Shown in pieces: positions 1 to 10,250 of a stretch of DNA of 64,000 nucleotides. Source of the DNA: a virus; the IMG/VR virus record IMGVR_UViG_3300017971_004694, one strand, 5' to 3'. Each line of letters opens with the position of its first letter. Position 1 is the stretch's first letter. The position numbers and the translations under genes are program-made. Under the pieces are notes generated by a model. The model did not search any database, was not told the origin of the DNA, and saw only the letters and a program-made list of their open reading frames with translations.

Positions 1-553
1 TGTCTTTGGGATCTTCGCCGCTTTCAGTCACCCAAGAAGGCTGCGGAACTTTTTCAAGCTCGCTTTTTGGAACAAGCCCCTTCTTTTCCGCTTGCTCTTT
101 TACGCCAAGCAGATAAGCAGCAATCTTGCTATAGCCTTCGTCAAAATCTCTCATGATTTTGGGCACATCTTTCGTGTAGAAGTTTTGAAGTTCGGCAACC
201 TTATTTCTCCAATCAAAAAGCTCATGGTTTTTAAGGTGCTTCTTAATCTCCTTGTTTATATTTTGCATATCATCAAGGCGCTCTTCTAATTCTTCTTGTG
301 CCTCCTTGGCTCTTCTAAACAACTCTTTATATTCGCCATAGAAGAACATTTTGATTTTGCCTTTAAGGCGTTTCCAAATGGTTGAAAAAATACCTGCCTG
401 CTTTTTGAGATCGCCATCAAACGCGGCGCACTTAACAACATACTCATCTAGTAGGCTGGCTGCCTCAACCTCACCAATTTCATCGAAGAAGTTGGCCATG
501 GCCACTGCCTCTTCAGGTGTAGGTGGTTCAGGAACTCCTCTTTTATAAGCCAT
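1..553 (-). CDS. Hypothetical head-cluster protein, partial (runs off left edge)
   Basis: Not in ORF track; hand translation from ATG 553 (MAYKRGVPEPPTPEEAVAMANFFDEIGEVEAASLLDEYVVKCAA...) stays open to position 1, directly after the portal stop. Confidence 0.8.
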   Translation of the reverse strand, partial: MAYKRGVPEPPTPEEAVAMANFFDEIGEVEAASLLDEYVVKCAAFDGDLKKQAGIFSTIWKRLKGKIKMFFYGEYKELFRRAKEAQEELEERLDDMQNINKEIKKHLKNHELFDWRNKVAELQNFYTKDVPKIMRDFDEGYSKIAAYLLGVKEQAEKKGLVPKSELEKVPQPSWVTESGEDPKD

Positions 554-565
554 AAGTTTCCTCCA

Positions 566-2536
566 TTATATTCCTCCGAGGCCACCGCCTCCACCGCCGC
601 CTGGGCCACCAGGACCAAGTGGCGGGGCTCCGCCTGGAACTTCTGGTGCGCCACCGCCAGGAGGCCCACCACCCATCTCTCCACCAGGAGGCGGCGCAAG
701 TTCGCCAAGACCACCAGGCATTGCCATCTCTCCGCCAGGAGGCGGCATGCCAGGCATTCCAGCTGCCTCTGGCGGAGCACCAGCTGCTGCGCGTTCCTTA
801 TCATCGATGGGTTCCATAACTTCCTTCTCTGGATCTAGAGTTCTAAGCTCAGCAATTGTCATCTTCCTGAGACTTTCATTTTCTCTGTTTCTAATTTCAT
901 CATTGATCATCTCTTGCCTGATACTGACTCTTTCATCCTCATAGCTAAGACCAAGGCTCTTGTATAGAGTCTGTAGCGACACCTGCTTGTTGGCCACAAG
1001 ACCAGAGATGTTGGCAATGTAATCCTGAAGGTCATATAGATTCATTTGGTTCCACTCAACCTCGGGAACAATAAGTCTCTTTGTGCCACCCTCGTAGTCA
1101 TAGAAGTCATTAATCTCGCTAATAGGCGCGAAGATTTTACTCTGTAGCCACTGAGCCATCATATGCCTGCAGTTAAAGTAGCGCTGTCTCAATACTTCCA
1201 AACCAATGGAAGCAGAGGCATACACTGCACTCTCAGTATCTACGACCGCTGGGGGCACCATCAAACCTGTGTAGATGTTTTTGATGATTAGCTCCATGTC
1301 GGGGCCAATATCTAATACCTGACCAGAAGCGCCGACTCTTTCCACGGTGACACCGGCATGTGTGATCAACTTGAAATCTTTATCATATTGGGCTTCCTCA
1401 AACATTTGGCGGAAAAATTCCAAGTCTTCCTGAGTTGCTCTGTATTCACCATCAGTGTTTCCGCCAACCTTAACGATGGTTATTGGATTAACAAGGCCGT
1501 CTGCCTGGGCAAACTTGGCCTCTCTTAGTTTATCATAAAGCATTAGGTCTTTGAAGGTGCTTACAATAACACTCGTCCCTCTAACATCATACGGGCTCGA
1601 AAGCATCTTCAAATGCGAAACATTAAAGTTGTCCAAAGGAATATCTTCACCCTTTCTTACGTGATAGATAATCTTCTCTGGTATTTGCTTTCTAAGCTGA
1701 ACATCCGCAGGGTTGCTACTCATCACAAGCCTTTGGAGAACAGCGTCAGGCTTTAGTGAAACAATTGGCTCGCCTGATAGAACCGTCTTCTTGACGTGTA
1801 TATAGTCTGGGTTCTGGATTACAATATTGCTCCACTTACCCGTTTCCTCGTTAAGTTCTGCATATGGGAACACTTCTCCCATCTTCCAGTATTCCAACGA
1901 CAAATCTCCAAGCGCCTGCATAAGTGACATCTCTTCAGCCATATCTTCAAAGAATTGAAGAACCTTTTTGTTGTGGCACTTGAAGTTAATCTTGCTTATT
2001 GGATATGTCGCGTGCAACGTAATTGCGTTTCTAACTATTGGGTGCAACTGGAAAAAGTTTCTAATCCAGGCATTTACCGTAATCCTGTCTCGCGGCAGGT
2101 TAAGGTTGGCCATTATAAACAATGGCGAATAAACTTCTGGAGCAAGTCGCTCAACAGAAGAGCCCGCTGTAGTTCCAGCGCCAGTACTTGAAGAGCTAAA
2201 GGCTGCCCCTTGTGCTTGTTTAACAAAAGCTTCGCTGTGGGCAATAGCACCTACAGCAGTGGCGGTGTTGCTAAACGATTTCTTATCTTCGCTCCTTCCT
2301 GGAAGCCAAGCCCCACGTTGTAGATTTTCTGGGTCGGTGGTTCGTGGTGCATCACCACTTTTGTAAAGATTGCTTGCACCATAATTTCTTCCCTCTTGCA
2401 TATCTCCACCTTCAATTTCTCTTTCAATTGCCTCCTTTCTAAATTGAGACAGACCATCAGCAGACTTTGGGGAGATCCTCAAAGTTTGCTTTTGGTCGGT
2501 GGGTCCTCTGGACCCTCTTCTCTTACCATCGATCAT
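566..2536 (-). CDS. Phage portal protein
   Basis: Adjacent to terminase; helical core (NLNLPRDRITVNAWIRNFFQLHPIVRNAI...EYWKMGEVFPY) consistent with portal; Pro/Gly-rich C-tail. Confidence 0.7.
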   Translation of the reverse strand: MIDGKRRGSRGPTDQKQTLRISPKSADGLSQFRKEAIEREIEGGDMQEGRNYGASNLYKSGDAPRTTDPENLQRGAWLPGRSEDKKSFSNTATAVGAIAHSEAFVKQAQGAAFSSSSTGAGTTAGSSVERLAPEVYSPLFIMANLNLPRDRITVNAWIRNFFQLHPIVRNAITLHATYPISKINFKCHNKKVLQFFEDMAEEMSLMQALGDLSLEYWKMGEVFPYAELNEETGKWSNIVIQNPDYIHVKKTVLSGEPIVSLKPDAVLQRLVMSSNPADVQLRKQIPEKIIYHVRKGEDIPLDNFNVSHLKMLSSPYDVRGTSVIVSTFKDLMLYDKLREAKFAQADGLVNPITIVKVGGNTDGEYRATQEDLEFFRQMFEEAQYDKDFKLITHAGVTVERVGASGQVLDIGPDMELIIKNIYTGLMVPPAVVDTESAVYASASIGLEVLRQRYFNCRHMMAQWLQSKIFAPISEINDFYDYEGGTKRLIVPEVEWNQMNLYDLQDYIANISGLVANKQVSLQTLYKSLGLSYEDERVSIRQEMINDEIRNRENESLRKMTIAELRTLDPEKEVMEPIDDKERAAAGAPPEAAGMPGMPPPGGEMAMPGGLGELAPPPGGEMGGGPPGGGAPEVPGGAPPLGPGGPGGGGGGGLGGI

Positions 2537-2549
2537 TAGTATTCACCTC

Positions 2550-4400
2550 TTACAGTCTTTTTGGAAAATAAGCCAAAATTGGCTTGGGAAGCATAGAGCG
2601 CTCGGCTGCGTGGGCAGTTAGTTTAAAACCTTTGGTCTTATCATACTTATACGCCAGATAGGCATATATGAGCGCCATGAGCCCGTCGTTCTGGCTCTTT
2701 CCCTTTACATATGTTTTATGCGGCTCACCCCTACGGGTGACCCATTTGCTCTCCATGGAAGTGCAGTGCTTCACGAGCCAAGCAATTCTTTCATAACTGG
2801 CCCAAGGAAATCTAAACCTGCCCTTTCTGAGGAGAGCGAAAATCTCTTCAATAATCTTGTCTTTATCTACCACTACTTCCATCTCATCTTTGTTATACTT
2901 AACGCCGCCAGCAACCATGCTTGAACTCCTAACGGTCTTATATTTTTCTCCATAAGTAACTTTCAATTCTCCCGAGAGATCCTCGGCAAAGCCGATGTCG
3001 CCCATGGCTGAGCGAGCACCATAAAGTCTAAACATATTGTCCACAAACTCTTTCTTGGATTCAAAATTAGATTGCTTGAGCTTGGCTGCATACTCAATTA
3101 CGAATCTTTCGTCGTGATCGACAGACAGGACCAAGCCACAAGAGAAAGAGTGGCCTCGCTTAACACCATCAATATCAGGCTTACCACCCCAGTCAAACCC
3201 CAAATATACGTGCTTGTCGCCGTGTGGGATGGACTTAGCCATGTGTCTGTCGGGATCCCTGCACATAGTATAAATCTCTTCGAAGGTAATGGGCATCCCT
3301 TCACCAGAGTGAAACTCTCCTAAAACCTCATTATTCCAAGCGATCTCAGAGTTAATTGGGTTATTTTCTGGCTTCTCCTTAACGATTACTTCTTTCGTGA
3401 ATTCTGGAATAAATAGCTGATTGAAATGAAAACCAATTACATCAGCGTTTTCTCTGCCCGGTGTTGCAATCCACTTGCCTCTTTCTACTGCATCAATTTT
3501 ACTCTGCTCTTCTCCACAAGAGGGACACTTAACCATATTCTCATACAACCATATTTCAGTTTCCCACTTGTCGGATCCTGGTGTGTAAAGAAGGAAGTAG
3601 GCATTGCAGTTTCCACACTTAAGATAGTATCTGCGCTGATCCGAGTTCTCCCACATACGCCAGAAGAAAGTTCCTTTTTGTCGCGGAGTTCCAAAAAATA
3701 CTTGAACGCCGCCAGGTTGCGGGCCAAACTGGGCACGAGTGAGACACTTAATAGTCTTACCAATCGCCACCTCGGTCATATCCTGAACCTCGTCAAAGAA
3801 TATAACGTCAAGGGTTCTACCAAGAACTCTGGTTCCCTCATTACCAATGGAATCACACCAGAGCGTATTGGCGTGCTTGAATTGCTTATAAAGCAACGTG
3901 TCGGTTGAATCTTTTGTGCCCGCTTTTTGAGCCTCTACGAAAGGTCTCAGTTTTCCAGGTTGTCTCTTGAAATCAAAATCAGGAGTGGCCACAGAGTTAT
4001 TAATCATCTTTTCAAGTTTGTCTTTTGAGAAAGAGTGCATGATTTCCAACTGTGGAAAAGCGTGTAACACTCTCACCGGAGGAATATTATTCACTCCAAA
4101 CATCCCACTGGAAACTAAGTAAAGTTCCACTGCTGAAGCCATGGTTGTAGCGCCCACCTGACGGCCCTTAACTATTACGATGGGTTTTCCGCTGTTTGAC
4201 ATCGCCACGGTCACAATGTGGCGATAAATATCGGCAATGAATTTCCATCCATTGTTCGTAATTCGCATAGGAGCGCCGTCCAATGTAAGATAGGTCTCCG
4301 CAAAGGAGACCGGATCCAACTTCATTAGCTCTCTTTTTAATGAATCAAAACTGTTTTCTGGGCGCCAAATATCATTGGCGTTCAACATCTTGGTAACCAT
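2550..4400 (-). CDS. Terminase large subunit (lambda GpA-like)
   Basis: Walker A-like KGRQVGATT, Walker B FFDEVQD, CxxC..CxxC zinc motif, C-terminal nuclease GFDWG; start refined to ATG 4400 right after upstream stop. Confidence 0.9.
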   Translation of the reverse strand: MVTKMLNANDIWRPENSFDSLKRELMKLDPVSFAETYLTLDGAPMRITNNGWKFIADIYRHIVTVAMSNSGKPIVIVKGRQVGATTMASAVELYLVSSGMFGVNNIPPVRVLHAFPQLEIMHSFSKDKLEKMINNSVATPDFDFKRQPGKLRPFVEAQKAGTKDSTDTLLYKQFKHANTLWCDSIGNEGTRVLGRTLDVIFFDEVQDMTEVAIGKTIKCLTRAQFGPQPGGVQVFFGTPRQKGTFFWRMWENSDQRRYYLKCGNCNAYFLLYTPGSDKWETEIWLYENMVKCPSCGEEQSKIDAVERGKWIATPGRENADVIGFHFNQLFIPEFTKEVIVKEKPENNPINSEIAWNNEVLGEFHSGEGMPITFEEIYTMCRDPDRHMAKSIPHGDKHVYLGFDWGGKPDIDGVKRGHSFSCGLVLSVDHDERFVIEYAAKLKQSNFESKKEFVDNMFRLYGARSAMGDIGFAEDLSGELKVTYGEKYKTVRSSSMVAGGVKYNKDEMEVVVDKDKIIEEIFALLRKGRFRFPWASYERIAWLVKHCTSMESKWVTRRGEPHKTYVKGKSQNDGLMALIYAYLAYKYDKTKGFKLTAHAAERSMLPKPILAYFPKRL

Positions 4401-4401
4401 T

Positions 4402-7017
4402 TTACACCTTGGCCGGCATGCTGAATACCTCGGCATTCTGATCGTCGTTCATATCCACTTCTTCGCTTCCACGACCAATTACATCATCGTCTTTGGAAGG
4501 TTTAGCTTCCGGCTTATTTTCTTTAATTTGTTCTTTCACATACTCCTTAATCTCCTCTAATTCTTTGTCCGTTAAATTCTCTGGGCGACTCTTGATCATC
4601 TGCATAAGAGCAGGAGTGTCTACATGACCCTCACGAGATTCGCAAACATTTTTAATATGCTTCTTGATTCCTGGGTGCTTTTCGAATACGCTTTTCTCGT
4701 CACCATCACCATCATTAGCCATTTGTCCATCGTCGGCTTCTTCATCACTTAGATCAGTTATACCATACACATCCTCGAACTTGCCTAGGCCCCAATCCTT
4801 AATATTTTGAAGTAGGTCGCGTATTTCAAGCTCCCTTTCTCTCATTCTTTCTATAACGTGTTTCGGTAAAACTTCAGACAACTTTTCTCTATGAGAGGCC
4901 CACTTGTAATCCTCTAGGTCTTTGACATCTTTATCAAGCAGCTCAGGATCTATTGGCTCTTTGGTGTTAAATGGCTTGACCCATACAGCAATATTCGCAA
5001 TATTTCCCCTAATGCCTCTGAAATCATAATTGTCGCGAAGGTTTTCCATTTTTGCTGCAAATTCCAACCCTTTGCCTCTTGTTGCTGGTGTGGAAAACAA
5101 AATTTCATATACTATGTCTGGACCTCTTGAAGTCTCAACCATGAAAGCTCGTTTTAGCTCCCCAAAGTCACCAAGAGCATCTAAATCTTCAGAATATATG
5201 TTTATTGGAACGCCCCCAACACCTAGAAGCCAGTATGAGTTTTCACCATGAACCTCCTCCAGCGTGGGTTTTTCTTCCATTGGGGTTGGTTCTGGCTCTG
5301 GTTCCTCAAACCTTTCCCTTTCTTTTCTGGCCTCATACTCTTCAACCGTAGGGAAGGGGGACTTGGGCTGAAGCATCGTGCCCGCTCTAGGAGGCAGCTT
5401 ATGGCTTCTCCATGGCCCTGCCACGGGTGCGGTTTCTCTTGGCGTATACCACTTGATTGCTCGCTTTGAAAGTTGGAATCCAACATCCCTGCTGGAAAGT
5501 CTAACATCATCAGCCATCTCGCTTGGATCCCACTTCTTTCCTTTGTGGCGCTCATAATCAACCTTTTTGGCCACTCTCTGTGCAGCATCTTCCACAAACT
5601 CACCCTGAGCATCAGCTTCCCCTGCGTGCTGCTCGGAAAGCGCGTCATCAAAAACATCCAAAAATTCCTCTGGAGAAGCATCTATGTTTTCGTATGCCTT
5701 GCGGGCAGTTTGCCTTGTTGGCTTAGCCCCCTTAACTTGTGCATCTGGAACGGGCTCAAAGCCGTCTGGAGCCTTGTACACACCCATGGCTTTTTCCGCA
5801 TATTCCTTTCGTGCTTTGTTATTGCGATCTGGCCTCAATATATTTTCGACTTCTTTGTTAGTATATTCCCGAATCTTACGGCTGTCTGTTCCTATATCAA
5901 TCCAGTAATATGCCTCATCATCTATTCTCTGGCGTATCTCACTCTTTTTATAAGGAAAGGCTTCTGGAAACTCTCCTGTTTCTGCAAACTCTCTAACAAG
6001 CTGAGCCTTAGTAAGCTCAGCCTGCGACTTGCTGTTAAAGAAACCCATGGGTTCGTGGCCCCAAGTTAAAAGGAACCAGCCGCGTTCCACGCCCCACTCG
6101 CCAATATCCGTTGGTCTTAGCCCCACTCGCTTTGCTTTTTCTTTCACTCTTGTCTCAAATGTCGCCTTAGCTTTTTCCCATTTGGCTTTTTCTTCTGGGC
6201 TCGTAGCCAATCCTGGATTCTTTACAACTTGAGCAAGTTGCAGATCGGACCACATTTCCACAGGCATAATGGGCATGCGCGTCAGTTCTTCTAATATGAT
6301 TTCATCAGCAAGCTTCCTGATTCTACTATCTATTAATATGGCTGCTTTGAATTTACCCTCATCCTCCAGCTTATTGGCCAACACAATAAGATCTTCAATA
6401 AGATCTGCCTTCACTTCGGCTTCTTCAGCGTCTTCCTTGGTCTTATGAATCGTGCCATCTGGGTGATTCGGTGGGCTATAGATCGTATACATTTTTAGTG
6501 GCTTAGTTTTCGAGGCGTTTATTACATTGTGCTTTGTGCCACCAGGAACGATGATTGCCTCATCTTCCTTAACACTCTTTTTAGTGCCGTTCAAGACAAA
6601 AGTTGCCTCACCTTCCTCGACGCGGAAGAACTGATCAACGGTTTTATGCACCTCTTCACCAATCTCTTCCCCTCCTTGTAAAGTCATCAACACAAGCTGA
6701 GCATGTTTTCCTGTGAACAGCACTTTGCGGAAAGATTTATTTTTCTCCGTTTGCTCTTCAATTGGTCCAACATAGCCAGCAGCGCTCTCGCTTTTCAACG
6801 ACGCTTGCTTTTCAATCATATTTAGCCCAACACGATCACACAACTCTTCCACCTTGGCCTCAACAGCCTCCTTGGCTTCCTTGTGTTTGTTCTTCCCCCT
6901 GAAAATCTCTTTGATGTCATCAAAGGGGGAGCTACTTTTAAGCTGCTTGTCCGCAAAGCCTTTCAACCAATCAGGCAAAGGCGCAGATGGAGCATACTCA
7001 CGATCATTAGAACCCAT
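4402..7017 (-). CDS. Large head-cluster protein with embedded cupin domain
   Basis: Cupin motifs EEVH..VDQFFRVEEG and VPGGTKHNVIN at about 6455-6735; rest charged/unknown; start refined to ATG 7017 (GGAG upstream). Confidence 0.7.
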   Translation of the reverse strand: MGSNDREYAPSAPLPDWLKGFADKQLKSSSPFDDIKEIFRGKNKHKEAKEAVEAKVEELCDRVGLNMIEKQASLKSESAAGYVGPIEEQTEKNKSFRKVLFTGKHAQLVLMTLQGGEEIGEEVHKTVDQFFRVEEGEATFVLNGTKKSVKEDEAIIVPGGTKHNVINASKTKPLKMYTIYSPPNHPDGTIHKTKEDAEEAEVKADLIEDLIVLANKLEDEGKFKAAILIDSRIRKLADEIILEELTRMPIMPVEMWSDLQLAQVVKNPGLATSPEEKAKWEKAKATFETRVKEKAKRVGLRPTDIGEWGVERGWFLLTWGHEPMGFFNSKSQAELTKAQLVREFAETGEFPEAFPYKKSEIRQRIDDEAYYWIDIGTDSRKIREYTNKEVENILRPDRNNKARKEYAEKAMGVYKAPDGFEPVPDAQVKGAKPTRQTARKAYENIDASPEEFLDVFDDALSEQHAGEADAQGEFVEDAAQRVAKKVDYERHKGKKWDPSEMADDVRLSSRDVGFQLSKRAIKWYTPRETAPVAGPWRSHKLPPRAGTMLQPKSPFPTVEEYEARKERERFEEPEPEPTPMEEKPTLEEVHGENSYWLLGVGGVPINIYSEDLDALGDFGELKRAFMVETSRGPDIVYEILFSTPATRGKGLEFAAKMENLRDNYDFRGIRGNIANIAVWVKPFNTKEPIDPELLDKDVKDLEDYKWASHREKLSEVLPKHVIERMRERELEIRDLLQNIKDWGLGKFEDVYGITDLSDEEADDGQMANDGDGDEKSVFEKHPGIKKHIKNVCESREGHVDTPALMQMIKSRPENLTDKELEEIKEYVKEQIKENKPEAKPSKDDDVIGRGSEEVDMNDDQNAEVFSMPAKV

Positions 7018-7032
7018 TTTCAGCACTCTCCA

Positions 7033-7854
7033 TTATCCGTAGTATTGGCTCTGCCATTCTCCAAACCCTTCGGTTCTGGTAGGATCATTATCGTCGCCAA
7101 GACGCAGACGATCTTTGAACTCTGGGTATCCCATATCAGCTAGAATCTGAAGAATTTCCAACTCCTCACGATCCTCCATCTTGTACTTCTTTTTGGCATC
7201 CTTCCAAAGCTCTTCAAGATTTCTACCACCAGACACCTTGCCGTTAATCAAAGCGCTAGCAATGGCCCTCTGGAACGGCGTAATGAGCATTTGGAATCCA
7301 TTGAAGTGTGGAGCCGTAGCTTCCTTCTTAAGATCAGGATCCTCTTCTTCGCCGCGACGACGCATCTTTTTCCTTTCCTTCTTGAGGTTCTTAAGACCCT
7401 CAAGCGCATCTTCTAGCTCATCAATATTTTGCTCTATGACCTTACGCATGGCGTCAATGCTCTTAACATTGATGACGCCATCGTAATCAGAATGCATAGC
7501 ATTTGAGATATAAGCATTGAGCTTTTTGAACTGCCCAAGTGCCCTTTCCATCTCGGACAAATTACCCCTAATTTGAGATGGCTTAGGGATGCGCTGTAGG
7601 TCTTTAGTCAAGAAGACCAGGAAGTGCTCGGGTTTCTTGGAAACACGCCAATCCTTACTTTCCTCTTTTTTTGGACATGGAGCATTGCCAAAGCCACGGG
7701 GACCAAGACCAAGGCCCATTCCTGGGCCAAGACCAAACCCATCTACGGCTTCTGCCGTTAGAGGAGATTCAATCTCATCCTCGGCAATGGAGATGACCTC
7801 TTTTTCCAAATCGTTTTCGCCTACTGTGAAGACACTCTCTTCTTTTACCATCAT
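7033..7854 (-). CDS. Hypothetical head-cluster protein
   Basis: Long ORF in operon; GGAGG RBS before ATG 7854; coiled-coil centre. Confidence 0.75.
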   Translation of the reverse strand: MMVKEESVFTVGENDLEKEVISIAEDEIESPLTAEAVDGFGLGPGMGLGLGPRGFGNAPCPKKEESKDWRVSKKPEHFLVFLTKDLQRIPKPSQIRGNLSEMERALGQFKKLNAYISNAMHSDYDGVINVKSIDAMRKVIEQNIDELEDALEGLKNLKKERKKMRRRGEEEDPDLKKEATAPHFNGFQMLITPFQRAIASALINGKVSGGRNLEELWKDAKKKYKMEDREELEILQILADMGYPEFKDRLRLGDDNDPTRTEGFGEWQSQYYG

Positions 7855-7865
7855 TATTTCCTCCA

Positions 7866-8039
7866 TTACATGGATAGTTTTTCTATAACTTTTTCGAGAT
7901 CTTCAATAACTCTCTTCTGTAATTCCAATAATTCATCGACCTTTCCATTTAGGGATCGTTCCAAAACCTCAACAATGGAGAGGGCTCTTGGTTCTTTACT
8001 CTTTGCAGCAAGAGCCAGCATCTCTTCTCCGTTGGCCAT
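7866..8039 (-). CDS. Small coiled-coil protein (57 aa)
   Basis: Not in ORF track; fills the gap exactly, TAATG coupling to upstream gene; MANGEEMLALAAKSKEPRALSIVEVLERSLNGKVDELLELQKRVIEDLEKVIEKLSM. Confidence 0.7.
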   Translation of the reverse strand: MANGEEMLALAAKSKEPRALSIVEVLERSLNGKVDELLELQKRVIEDLEKVIEKLSM

Positions 8040-8476
8040 TATTTTGAACCTCCATTAGGAAACTTTCTCAAAGCAGAAATCAAGTCTCCCAATCGCTCAG
8101 TCATTATCTTATTGGAACTGATAAGATCGGTCATTTTATCTACAACAATAGATTGTCCGCCCTTTATATCGTCCAAGTTGTCGTCTAACTCTTTCTTAAC
8201 CATTTCCAGACAACTGTGATTTTCTCTAATTAGTTTCATAAGCTCCGGTGGAATGATCCACATTGGGGTGCGATTCTCGTCATAAACATCATGCATTTCG
8301 AAAAGGTTTTTGGAATAATCGCGAGATTCCTGGAGCAACTCCTCTTGTTTTTCAGTAAGGCCTGGTTCGGGTTCCTTACTTTTCTTATACTTTGTTATAA
8401 AAAACTCCACCACCCTGATCAAAGCCCAAGCCATGCCCAAAAAAAGCGCTGTTAAAGCAGGACCCTCGATAGTCAT
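8039..8476 (-). CDS. Membrane-anchored hypothetical protein
   Basis: Single N-terminal hydrophobic helix (ALTALFLGMAWALIRVVEFFI) followed by KYKK and coiled coil. Confidence 0.65.
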   Translation of the reverse strand: MTIEGPALTALFLGMAWALIRVVEFFITKYKKSKEPEPGLTEKQEELLQESRDYSKNLFEMHDVYDENRTPMWIIPPELMKLIRENHSCLEMVKKELDDNLDDIKGGQSIVVDKMTDLISSNKIMTERLGDLISALRKFPNGGSK

Positions 8477-8485
8477 ATAACCCTC

Positions 8486-9109
8486 CTAATTTTTGCCTTG
8501 CTCTCTGGATAGTTGGCCTGCCTTTGCTGGATCCGTTCTCTCATCCTCAAACTTTCGCTTACACGCATCCATTTTATTTTCCAGATCCAATCTTTCTTCG
8601 GTAGTTAATTTCTCGCCAGTCTCAAGCTTTCTCTTAATTTCCTTGGAGAGAGCCTCTTTAACAAGTTTGCCATGCTCCGTGCCTATCAACGAGAATAAAC
8701 CCTCGAAAAGATTACGGCTTTGATTGTTGTCCGCATAAAAGCCAAGCGGAAAAGCATATAGGCCATCGAGACCGATCCCGGCAAAAGTCTGTGCATATAG
8801 AGGACTTCCCTGAAATGCTGGAGCATGCATTCCGGCACCCACATCTCCAAAGTCACAATTTACCGCGTCTTTGCCTTCAATTATGTCAGCGGCGTATAAA
8901 CAACGGCTATTAGTTTTGTGGTATATATAAACTCTCTGATTTGCTTTCTTGGTCTGCTCGCGCCTTTCTTCAGGCACCATTTCTAACGGGCACATGTGAG
9001 CAACGCAGTTGCCCGCATAATTGCACCCTCCAGTGATAGGGAGCCCGAAAGGGCATTGCCTATCTCCTTTTGTGTCGCTGCGAATATAGCACTTCTTTTT
9101 AATGGTCAT
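8486..9109 (-). CDS. Cys-rich hypothetical protein
   Basis: In-operon ORF; several Cys in N-terminal half. Confidence 0.7.
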   Translation of the reverse strand: MTIKKKCYIRSDTKGDRQCPFGLPITGGCNYAGNCVAHMCPLEMVPEERREQTKKANQRVYIYHKTNSRCLYAADIIEGKDAVNCDFGDVGAGMHAPAFQGSPLYAQTFAGIGLDGLYAFPLGFYADNNQSRNLFEGLFSLIGTEHGKLVKEALSKEIKRKLETGEKLTTEERLDLENKMDACKRKFEDERTDPAKAGQLSREQGKN

Positions 9110-9113
9110 TGTT

Positions 9114-10250
9114 TTATCCCTTCTGCTCTTTCACTACTGACACATTTTTATATTTATTCTTCCATTCAGCAATTTTGGTCTGCCTCTGTTGTTCTAATTT
9201 AGAAGCATCCGTGCCCTGCACCTTAAGCGCATCGACAACAGCAGAAGTTTCGTTATTTACCAATCTTGCCATAAGCACTATGGATCCCATAATCTTGAGG
9301 TCGCTGGTAAATGCCGTATAAGTGTTTGCTTGTGCGGCCTTCTTCATCTTTCCCTTTACTTTCTCCAAGCATTTTTCAAGACACTTAAGATTGGTCTTCA
9401 ATATTTCATCAGCGCCCTTCTTTGTGCCTTTGTCATCTTTTGCCTTTCCAAGTTCAAACATCCTGCCCTCAAGTGCTATTTTTAGGGCTTGTAGATCTTT
9501 TGCACTCAAGCCATCTAAATCTTTATCTTTCAAAGGCTTCAGGTCATCTATTTGCTTTCTTAGCTTGTTCACTTTGGCCTTATTTTCTTTAATGTCCAGG
9601 GCGGCTCTCTTTTTCCTGCCCCTTCTCTTTTTCCTTATCTCTGGAACCTTCTGAAGCAGTTTCGAGTAATCTATAAATTCTTTGACCACATCTCTGCTCA
9701 CATCTCTGGCTTCCGACTCGCGCCACCTCTTTCTTTCTTTTCTGAACTCTTCGATACTTCCAACCTCTTCCAGCCCCTCATCGGAGTATAGAAGCGGCTC
9801 CTTTTCAAACTTCTTCACATCATCGGGGCCAATGGGGACAAAGTGGCCGTCTTTAGAGATTCCAGTAAGTTCCGTTATTCTCTTCATCCTTTCCTTCACA
9901 GAAGCTTTCTTGAGTCCCATCTCGCCCTTGGTTGGTCCCTCGCTCCACATCTGGTTACGCTCTTTTTTGGTCTCCTCTCTCCACTCCCTCCACTCTTTAA
10001 TGCCTCCTGGGAATCTTGCCAAGAAGTCACCTACCTTTCCGTAATAAGGAGAGTTCTCATAAGACGCATAATCCATTTGCCTTCTCCAAGGATTTGGAGT
10101 TTTACCATCGTTATGTGGCCTGTAGTGCGCTATACAATGTTTCCTGGCAAAACATTCAAACTGAGCTTCAAGGCGTTTGATAGACGTTTCATCCTCGGAA
10201 TCATATACAGCCTCGGCCAATTTTAACAAACGATACAAAGAGTTAGACAT
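9114..10250 (-). CDS. Hypothetical charged protein (head cluster)
   Basis: In-operon ORF with several K-x-A motifs. Confidence 0.7.
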   Translation of the reverse strand: MSNSLYRLLKLAEAVYDSEDETSIKRLEAQFECFARKHCIAHYRPHNDGKTPNPWRRQMDYASYENSPYYGKVGDFLARFPGGIKEWREWREETKKERNQMWSEGPTKGEMGLKKASVKERMKRITELTGISKDGHFVPIGPDDVKKFEKEPLLYSDEGLEEVGSIEEFRKERKRWRESEARDVSRDVVKEFIDYSKLLQKVPEIRKKRRGRKKRAALDIKENKAKVNKLRKQIDDLKPLKDKDLDGLSAKDLQALKIALEGRMFELGKAKDDKGTKKGADEILKTNLKCLEKCLEKVKGKMKKAAQANTYTAFTSDLKIMGSIVLMARLVNNETSAVVDALKVQGTDASKLEQQRQTKIAEWKNKYKNVSVVKEQKG

